A stretch of 64,000 bases of DNA, taken from assembly GCA_965203555.1 (NCBI GenBank), contig CBDBCY010000004.1, positions 2,624,001 to 2,688,000 on the forward strand, given 5' to 3'. Both the position numbers and the translations under genes were made by a program. The stretch comes from Acidimicrobiia bacterium. Its GTDB lineage: Bacteria; Actinomycetota; Acidimicrobiia; Spongiisociales; ZC4RG35. This document shows, piece by piece, positions 57,742-64,000 of this stretch (positions are counted from its first letter, which is position 1; the number at the start of each line of letters is the position of its first letter). Under the pieces are notes generated by a model that was not told the DNA's origin, made no database searches, and saw nothing but the letters and a program-made list of their open reading frames with translations.

Positions 57742-59676
57742 TTAGGAAGGAAGGGGCTTTTCGCCGCGAGTGGCTGCCGCCACCCTTTTCCTGCCGGGGT
57801 CGCCCCCGTTCACTCCGGGTGGTGGCAGAAGGCGCATCTCAGGAGTGTCGGTAGCCTGCCACTTGGGCACGTCGAACAACACCTTTGCGATGTCTTCCAC
57901 ATCAAGGGTCTCCTGCTCCATCAGAGCCTCCACCATCCGGTCGAGCGCCGGTCGGTGCGCTTCCAGGATTTGCCGGGCCTCGGAGTGCGCGACCCGGATC
58001 AGCTTGCGGACTTCGGCGTCGATGTCCGCGGCCAACTGATCCGAGTAGTCCGGCTGGCGGGTGTAGTCGCGGCCCAAAAAGACTTCGCCGCCGGGCTTGC
58101 CGTACTGCATCGGGCCCAGTTCGTCGCTCATCCCGTATTCCATCACCATCCGCCGGGCTATGGCAGTGGCCTTTTCAATGTCGTTGGTCGCTCCGGTGGT
58201 GGGGTCGGCGTAGATGAGTTCCTCGGCGCTTCTTCCTCCCAGCAGCATGGCCAGTTGGTCCAGCAACTCCGAACGCTTCACCAGGTACTTGTCCCGGGTG
58301 GGAAGGGCCAGGGTGTGACCCAGGGAACGCCCGCGGGCCACGATCGTCACCTTGTGAACCGGGTCGGCCATGGGGAGGGCCCAACCGACCAGCGCGTGCC
58401 CGGTTTCGTGAAAGGCGATCAGTCGCTTCTCGTCTCCGGACATGACCCGGGCCTTGCGTTCCGGACCGGCGATGACCCGATCGATGGCCTCCTCCATTTC
58501 CTCCATTCCAACCTGGTCATTGTTGCGACGAGCAGCCAGAAGGGCCGCTTCGTTGATCAGATTGGCCAGATCCGCCCCGGTGAACCCGGGAGTGCGCCGC
58601 GCCAGGACTTCGAGATCGATCTCCGGTTTGAGAGGCTTGCCCCGGGAGTGAACCTTCAAAATGGCTTCCCGCCCCCTGATGTCGGGTGCGTCGATCACGA
58701 TCTGGCGGTCAAAGCGCCCCGGCCGGAGCAGAGCCGGATCCAGAATGTCGGGACGGTTGGTAGCGGCGATCACTATCACCCCGGTGTTGGTGTCGAAGCC
58801 ATCCAGTTCCACCAGGAGTTGGTTGAGGGTCTGTTCACGTTCGTCATGACCACCGCCCAGGCCGGCGCCTCGATGGCGGCCCACCGCGTCGATCTCGTCT
58901 ATGAAGATGATGGCCGGACTGTTCTGCTTGGCCTGCTCGAAAAGGTCTCGGACCCTGCTGGCCCCCACCCCCACGAACATCTCCACGAAGTCCGATCCGG
59001 AGATGGAGAAGAAAGGCCTCCCGGCCTCCCCGGCCACCGCCTTGGCCAGAAGCGTCTTGCCGGTCCCGGGAGGACCGAACAACAGCACACCCTTGGGGAT
59101 CTTGGCGCCCATCGCCCGGAACTTGTCGGCGTCGGCCAGGAAGTCTCGGATCTCTCCCAGTTCCTCGATGGCCTCCTCCAAACCGGCCACGTCCTCGAAA
59201 GTGACGTCAGGGTTGTCTTTCTTCACCATCTTGGCTCGGGTCTTGCCGAACTGCATGATGCGGTTGCCCGATCTTTGCATCTGCATGAATATGAAGATCA
59301 TGAAGCCGATCAGAAGCAGCCACGGAAGCATCCCCACCAGCACGCTCCAAGGTCCGGGCGGCTCGTGGTCGGTGTCGTAGGGAACGCCCCGTTCCTCGAG
59401 GATTTCGGCCAGTTGTCCTTCATAGCCCTCGGGGTACTTGGCTACGAAGTCGTACTGTCCCGGTGGGGCGGTCGACCCTTCGTAGCGGCCCCTCGCTTCC
59501 AGGGAGCGGGTGAGGATAAGGACCGATTCGATGCGGCTTTCCTGCACGGCGTCCAGGAATTCACCGGTGGTTATCTCTTGGGAAGGATCGTCGTCGCTGC
59601 CGAAGTTTTGGAAGAGCAGCGCCATTGTGACGATAAGCAGGCCATAAACCAGGAGAATGCGGATACTGCGACGCAA
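57742..59676 (-). CDS. ftsH: ATP-dependent zinc metalloprotease FtsH
   Basis: Two TMs, [36 protein letters not shown] and HETGH motifs. Confidence 0.97.
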   Translation of the reverse strand: MRRSIRILLVYGLLIVTMALLFQNFGSDDDPSQEITTGEFLDAVQESRIESVLILTRSLEARGRYEGSTAPPGQYDFVAKYPEGYEGQLAEILEERGVPYDTDHEPPGPWSVLVGMLPWLLLIGFMIFIFMQMQRSGNRIMQFGKTRAKMVKKDNPDVTFEDVAGLEEAIEELGEIRDFLADADKFRAMGAKIPKGVLLFGPPGTGKTLLAKAVAGEAGRPFFSISGSDFVEMFVGVGASRVRDLFEQAKQNSPAIIFIDEIDAVGRHRGAGLGGGHDEREQTLNQLLVELDGFDTNTGVIVIAATNRPDILDPALLRPGRFDRQIVIDAPDIRGREAILKVHSRGKPLKPEIDLEVLARRTPGFTGADLANLINEAALLAARRNNDQVGMEEMEEAIDRVIAGPERKARVMSGDEKRLIAFHETGHALVGWALPMADPVHKVTIVARGRSLGHTLALPTRDKYLVKRSELLDQLAMLLGGRSAEELIYADPTTGATNDIEKATAIARRMVMEYGMSDELGPMQYGKPGGEVFLGRDYTRQPDYSDQLAADIDAEVRKLIRVAHSEARQILEAHRPALDRMVEALMEQETLDVEDIAKVLFDVPKWQATDTPEMRLLPPPGVNGGDPGRKRVAAATRGEKPLPS

Positions 59677-59770
59677 GGTGTGTTCCTTAGGAGACGATCA
59701 ATTCGGGCAGGGAAAGACAGCAGTTAGGAATCATGGTAGGCCGACTCATGTACTAAGAGGAAGTTTAAAT

Positions 59771-60301
59771 CTAGGCTTGACACAAAATACCCACGTAGGG
59801 CAGGTTCCGGTACTTTCCGTCGTAGTCCAATCCGTAACCGACCACGAATTCCGGCCCGATTCTGAATCCTACGTATTTCACGTCGACGGGAACCCGTTGG
59901 ATGCCCTCTTTGTACAGGAGGGCGGCTATCTCGAGGGAGGCCGGCCCTCGGACCCGAAGACTCTTGATCAAATAGTTGAGAGTCAGCCCGGAGTCGACTA
60001 TGTCTTCGCAGATCAGGACGTGTCGTCCCGCGATTTCCTGGTCCAGGTCCTTTAGGACCCGGACCGCTCCGGACGTCTTGGTGGCGGCGCCGTAGGATGA
60101 GACCGCCATGTAGTCGAACTGTGCCGGGAGACGGATCCGGCGGACCAGGTCGGACATCACCATGAACGTCCCCTTCAACACCCCCACTATCAACAGGTCC
60201 TGGCCGGCGTAGTCAGCGGTGATGCGCTCGCCCATGTCCTGCAGCCGGGCGGCTATCTGATCACCGGTTAGGAATGGCTGTATCGAATCCATCGACCCCA
60301 A
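59771..60301 (-). CDS. hpt: Hypoxanthine phosphoribosyltransferase
   Basis: VLKG, SSYG, EDIVDSGLTL and FVVGYGLDY motifs. Confidence 0.95.
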   Translation of the reverse strand: MGSMDSIQPFLTGDQIAARLQDMGERITADYAGQDLLIVGVLKGTFMVMSDLVRRIRLPAQFDYMAVSSYGAATKTSGAVRVLKDLDQEIAGRHVLICEDIVDSGLTLNYLIKSLRVRGPASLEIAALLYKEGIQRVPVDVKYVGFRIGPEFVVGYGLDYDGKYRNLPYVGILCQA

Positions 60302-60307
60302 TACACA

Positions 60308-61264
60308 TTAGCCGTCTGTGGTGAAAAGGAGCCTGTCGCCGCGGCGGGTAACGATCACACCTTTACCCAATTCGGTCCGGGACGTCCTGCCCCGGGCAAC
60401 GTCCAATACGCGCTGCACCTCGGCGGCGGTCCCACCGTGTGGACCCCGAACCATTCGCAATGCTCGCCGCACGACCCTCGACGAGATGGGCTGCGACAGC
60501 TCGGCCAGGCTCGTGCAGCGAATCTGCGGCCAACCGTTCCGTGAGACTCCCACCGGGACTGCTGCGGCGACTTCCTCCAGGTAGGCAAGATCGGCGGCGG
60601 CCAGTTCCGACAGTCTCAGCAGACCTTGACGTAATCTGGGTTGATAGTCCGCCTCCAGTAGGGGAATCAAACGACGCCGGAGACGGTTACGCAGGTACCG
60701 GGGATCATCGTTTTGCGGGTCGTCCTCCCAGGGGAGACCGGCCAGGGTCGCCACCTCTCGGGTCTCGGAACGCCACACCCCCAGCAGGGGGCGGTGAAAC
60801 CGGCCCCTGCGTGGCGGGATGCCTGCCATGCCGTCCAGACCAGCGCCGCGCAGCAGGTTGTGGAGCACTGTTTCGACCTGGTCGTCGGCGGTGTGTGCGG
60901 TTATCACCACCTCCTCGGAGATGGAGTTTTCGGCCAACGCCCGGTAGCGGGCGGTGCGCAAGGCATCCTCCGACCGGCCCGTTTGGCGGTCAATGAACAC
61001 TTCGTCCAGTTCCAAACCCAGATGTCGGGAGACGGCTTGGGCTGCATTGGCCATGCGTTGAGAATCGGGGAGACCGTGGTTTACATGGACGGCGCGGCAA
61101 ACGCGGCTGGTTCGGAGGGCCAGCCAGGCGGCCGCTGCCGAGTCTGCGCCCCCTGACAGGGCGATCACCAACGGGGAGGTGGGAAACTCCACTCGGGCGG
61201 AAATGTCGGCGGCCAACCGGTCCAGTCGCCGGGTTCGGGTGACCGGGATGGCGTCCTCATCCAT
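60308..61264 (-). CDS. tilS: tRNA(Ile)-lysidine synthetase
   Basis: SGGADS, HVNHGL, ARY, AHTADDQVET, RPLL and D.QN....RNRLR motifs; start uncertain. Confidence 0.92.
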   Translation of the reverse strand: MDEDAIPVTRTRRLDRLAADISARVEFPTSPLVIALSGGADSAAAAWLALRTSRVCRAVHVNHGLPDSQRMANAAQAVSRHLGLELDEVFIDRQTGRSEDALRTARYRALAENSISEEVVITAHTADDQVETVLHNLLRGAGLDGMAGIPPRRGRFHRPLLGVWRSETREVATLAGLPWEDDPQNDDPRYLRNRLRRRLIPLLEADYQPRLRQGLLRLSELAAADLAYLEEVAAAVPVGVSRNGWPQIRCTSLAELSQPISSRVVRRALRMVRGPHGGTAAEVQRVLDVARGRTSRTELGKGVIVTRRGDRLLFTTDG

Positions 61265-61286
61265 CAAGGACGGGGCCGAGGGGGTG

Positions 61287-61568
61287 TCAACCAACTGACT
61301 TATATCGGGACTTGACCACTTTGGTGAAGTAGAGCACCACCGTAACAACACAGAAGATCAGGGCCATGGCCAGGCAGGTCGGCACCAGATAGCGGTATGT
61401 CCAATCGCGCACCGTCTCGGCAGGGGCGGTTTCCTCCACCACCACGGCCGGGACGATCTCCGCCGGTTCCTCCGGCGTCTCCTGAGCCGGGGCGGGAAGC
61501 GCCAATGCCAGGATCACCGTAGCTGCCGAAGCCAGGAGGATCCACCGCCGCCAGTTCATGACCACCAT
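61287..61568 (-). CDS. Small membrane protein with signal peptide and C-terminal TM
   Basis: Signal-like N-terminus (ALPAPA-Q), acidic linker, hydrophobic C-terminus. Confidence 0.6.
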   Translation of the reverse strand: MVVMNWRRWILLASAATVILALALPAPAQETPEEPAEIVPAVVVEETAPAETVRDWTYRYLVPTCLAMALIFCVVTVVLYFTKVVKSRYKSVG

Positions 61569-61581
61569 AGATTACCCGACT

Positions 61582-61830
61582 CTATCTCAGACCCAGGCGT
61601 CTGGTCTCCAGGGCCAACCTTCCCCTCAGACGCTCCATAAAAACATCAGGCACCTCCTCTTTGAGGTGGTGCCTGATGGTGTAGCGAACGCGACGCTCCA
61701 CGATTTCTATGTTCTTACAGGGCGGACAGTACTCGAAATGCTGCACCAGGCGATGCTCGGTCTCGACCTCCAACTCTCCGTCCACGTAGCGGTACAGGTA
61801 GGTTATCACCTGGCGGCACTCTCTAGACAT
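61582..61830 (-). CDS. Zinc-binding anti-sigma factor (RsrA/RshA type)
   Basis: C...YVDGE...HFEYCPPC (HxxxCxxC); overlaps the sigma gene stop. Confidence 0.85.
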   Translation of the reverse strand: MSRECRQVITYLYRYVDGELEVETEHRLVQHFEYCPPCKNIEIVERRVRYTIRHHLKEEVPDVFMERLRGRLALETRRLGLR

Positions 61831-62401
61831 GTGGAACCTTCGTTGGGGTGAGTCCCCGTTTACTCGCATACTCCCACAACGCTTTTCGCAGGGCATTTCT
61901 TCCCCGGTGCAGTCGGGACATGACGGTGCCCATCGGCACCTCGAGCGTTTGGGCTATTTCTTTGTAGGACAGACCCTCCACGTCGGCCAGCAAGACGGGG
62001 ATCCGATAGATGACCGGCAGGTCCTCGATAGCCTCCACGATGTCGGACTCGAAGATCTGTTCGATCAATTGGTCTTCGGGCGCCCGGGACCAGGACCGGA
62101 CCTGCTCGTAGGCGTTGGATCGGTAGGCCGTGACTTCACCCCCCTCGTCCAACTCTGTCTCCCGGGGACGCCGGGAACGCCGGCGGTACTCGTTTATGAA
62201 AGTGTTGGTGAGAATGCGCATCAGCCAGGCTCTCAAGTTGGTCCCTTCCCGGAATGTGTGATAGCCGCGGTAGGCGCGCAACAGGGCTTCCTGCACCAGG
62301 TCCTCGGCGTCGGAGCGGTTGCGCGCCAGTCGCAGGGCCATGCCGTAGAGCTGTGGAAGCAACTCCACCACATCCTGTTCAAACGTCGCACGGTCCGCCA
62401 T
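61823..62401 (-). CDS. ECF sigma factor (SigH/SigR type)
   Basis: [36 protein letters not shown] and [11 protein letters not shown] motifs. Confidence 0.92.
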   Translation of the reverse strand: MADRATFEQDVVELLPQLYGMALRLARNRSDAEDLVQEALLRAYRGYHTFREGTNLRAWLMRILTNTFINEYRRRSRRPRETELDEGGEVTAYRSNAYEQVRSWSRAPEDQLIEQIFESDIVEAIEDLPVIYRIPVLLADVEGLSYKEIAQTLEVPMGTVMSRLHRGRNALRKALWEYASKRGLTPTKVPHV

Positions 62402-62529
62402 AAACCCAAACGGTAGCAAACCTGGGGAGGTAGGCAGTCAGCCTTCCGTGTCAGAAGGCCGCTGAACCATGGCGGGGGTGAATCTCGGTGCGGAGACACT
62501 CCGGCGTGGCCGACCGGTCGGGGAAATGG

Positions 62530-63354
62530 CTATTTCGGGGGACGCTGACCTGGCGTGAAAGACTCTGGTAAGAACCTCACCTCTTCCAACTGGTCCAGCA
62601 CTCCCCCCAGGCCGGTGATTGATTCCACCACGGCATCGGGACGGGGAGACGACGGCGGGTGTTTTGTCACTCCGCTGAGGGCCAGCACCGAATACCAGCC
62701 TGCGTTGGCGGCCAGTTGCAAGTCCGTCTCGGGCCGATCACCCACCATCAACACGGTGTCAGTGGATATCCCCTCTCTTATCAACTGGATCATGGGTTCC
62801 TCGGGTTTTCCGGCCGCTACGGCCTTTTGGCCGGTGGCGTATTCCACGGCCGCCACTATTGAACCTGCCGCCGGCCAGATCCCCTCGTCGGTGGGGAAGT
62901 TGCGATCGGTGTTGGTGGCGATCAGTCCGGCGCCGGCCCAAACTGCCTGGCACGCGTCGCGGAGTAGTTCATATGAGAGTTGGGGTGCGAAGCCCACCAC
63001 CACAGCTTTTGCCTCCCTCCAGTCATCCACCACCGGCGCTGCGATGCCTTCCAGGGCTTCAACAATGCCCGGTCCACCCAGAACAAAGGAGGCGGGGCGC
63101 TCCTCTGTCAGGAGGCGCGCAGCGGCCATGGCCGAGGTGAAGACCTGCCCTATCCGGGCCGGGTAACCGGTTGTGTGTCGGATTTTTTCAGCGGTGGCCG
63201 CTTTGGTGCGGCTGGAATTGTTGGTGCAGAACAGCACCTCATAACCTCGCCGCTCGATCTCGGTCAGGGTTTGAGCAGCTCCCCGAACGCCCTCCCGTCC
63301 CAGGTATACGACTCCGTCGAGGTCGAATAGCACGGTTCCCCGGCCGATGCTCAC
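62530..63354 (-). CDS. HAD-IIA (NagD-like) hydrolase
   Basis: FDLDGVVY, TNNS, ATNTD, GKP and VGDRPETD motifs; GTGA overlap. Confidence 0.9.
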   Translation of the reverse strand: MSIGRGTVLFDLDGVVYLGREGVRGAAQTLTEIERRGYEVLFCTNNSSRTKAATAEKIRHTTGYPARIGQVFTSAMAAARLLTEERPASFVLGGPGIVEALEGIAAPVVDDWREAKAVVVGFAPQLSYELLRDACQAVWAGAGLIATNTDRNFPTDEGIWPAAGSIVAAVEYATGQKAVAAGKPEEPMIQLIREGISTDTVLMVGDRPETDLQLAANAGWYSVLALSGVTKHPPSSPRPDAVVESITGLGGVLDQLEEVRFLPESFTPGQRPPK

Positions 63355-63764
63355 AAGATCTCCAGAAGTGAGAACATGGTGGGGACCAACGGATAATCCG
63401 AGACCTGATCCAAGGGAACCCATCGGATGTCTGCCGCGTCGTCGCCGGCCTGCAGTTCTCCGCCGACCACTTCGGCCCAGAAGTCGACCAGGGCAAAGTG
63501 CCAGGCAGGGGGCCGGCCGGGACCCACAGCCTCTCCTACCCACGCCACGGGACCGATTTTCACCTCCAGCCCGGTCTCCTCTCGGGCTTCACGTTTCGCT
63601 GCGTCCTCCCAGGTTTCCCCCCAGTGGACCTTGCCGCCCGGCACTGCCCACAGCCCGGCTCCCGCCCCCCGTCCCCGCTGGACCATCAACAGTTTCCTCC
63701 GGTCATCCACGATTACCACTCCCACTCCGGGTATGGGGCTGCGATCCGGTAGGTGAGCGATCAT
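63351..63764 (-). CDS. NUDIX hydrolase
   Basis: Nudix box GGKVHWGETWEDAAKREAREETGL. Confidence 0.92.
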   Translation of the reverse strand: MIAHLPDRSPIPGVGVVIVDDRRKLLMVQRGRGAGAGLWAVPGGKVHWGETWEDAAKREAREETGLEVKIGPVAWVGEAVGPGRPPAWHFALVDFWAEVVGGELQAGDDAADIRWVPLDQVSDYPLVPTMFSLLEIL

Positions 63765-63822
63765 GGACGGAAGCTTCAGAAACCCCGGCTCCGGCCGGGA
63801 AGGTAAGGCGAAGGACGCAGCG

Positions 63823-63999
63823 TCAGTAGCAGTCGTTGCATATCTTGGACCGGGGAGAGGCTCTCTGGGTCACCCTCTTCACCAGAAAACAAGATTCGCA
63901 CAGAAATTCGTTGAACCGAATGGCATGGTCGTCGGGGTTGATGGAAAGCTCCTCGCGGCGCATGCCGGCAACCTCCTTCGCCTGCTCAGAGGTGAATAC
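63823..63999 (-). CDS. DUF4193 family protein, C-terminal part (runs off the window)
   Basis: Manual translation ...NEFLCESCFLVKRVTQRASPRSKICNDCY*. Confidence 0.75.
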   Translation of the reverse strand, partial: VFTSEQAKEVAGMRREELSINPDDHAIRFNEFLCESCFLVKRVTQRASPRSKICNDCY

Positions 64000-64000
64000 C

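Noticed and set aside
57544-59727. 727-aa plus-strand ORF antisense to ftsH (likewise 18678..20378, 42939..44522, 26890..28452)
   Set aside because: Shadow ORFs expected from high-GC codon bias opposite well-supported genes; no motifs.
62402-62529. Autoregulatory SigH/SigR promoter (GGAA...GTT) upstream of the ECF sigma gene
   Set aside because: The only GGAA/GTT pair found is spaced about 22 nt apart, too long for the consensus.

Overview
A GC-rich bacterial chromosome segment. It is most likely actinobacterial, probably Acidimicrobiia-like; this is inferred from DUF3499, DUF4193, the SigH/RshA-type pair, bifunctional PGI/PMI and Thr/Pro-rich lipoprotein linkers. The left third (1-21 kb) is accessory catabolism and transport: two tandem variant threonine-aldolase-family genes, an amidohydrolase, an FAD oxidase, a divergent peptide-type ABC transporter, three MFS genes, mobA, an orphan DUF433 antitoxin and a CocE/SDR pair. 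At 21.5-25.1 kb a decayed ISL3 element (8-bp TSD) carries an intact IS21 (4-bp TSD). The middle holds an OmpR/HK/HtrA module, a cobalamin riboswitch ahead of btuFCD-cobO-cobC-like genes, a class II Fic gene, tandem EamA genes separated by a fragment of a second ahcY allele, then ahcY-pgi/pmi-trm112-manB and a GT-C-like gene. An accessory islet between the divergent pncB and pncA contains an antitoxin whose PIN toxin is reduced to a stub and a Schlafen/AlbA_2-ATPase protein with an unusual beta-rich tail. The right end is core genome (lysS, coaX, panC, ftsH, hpt, tilS, ECF sigma/anti-sigma). The best novelty candidates are a promoter- and terminator-bounded three-hairpin RNA with identical CCCCUCCCGG motifs between coaX and lysS, the Schlafen fusion protein, and the variant-aldolase catabolic cluster. 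All calls come from reading motifs by eye; no database searches were run.
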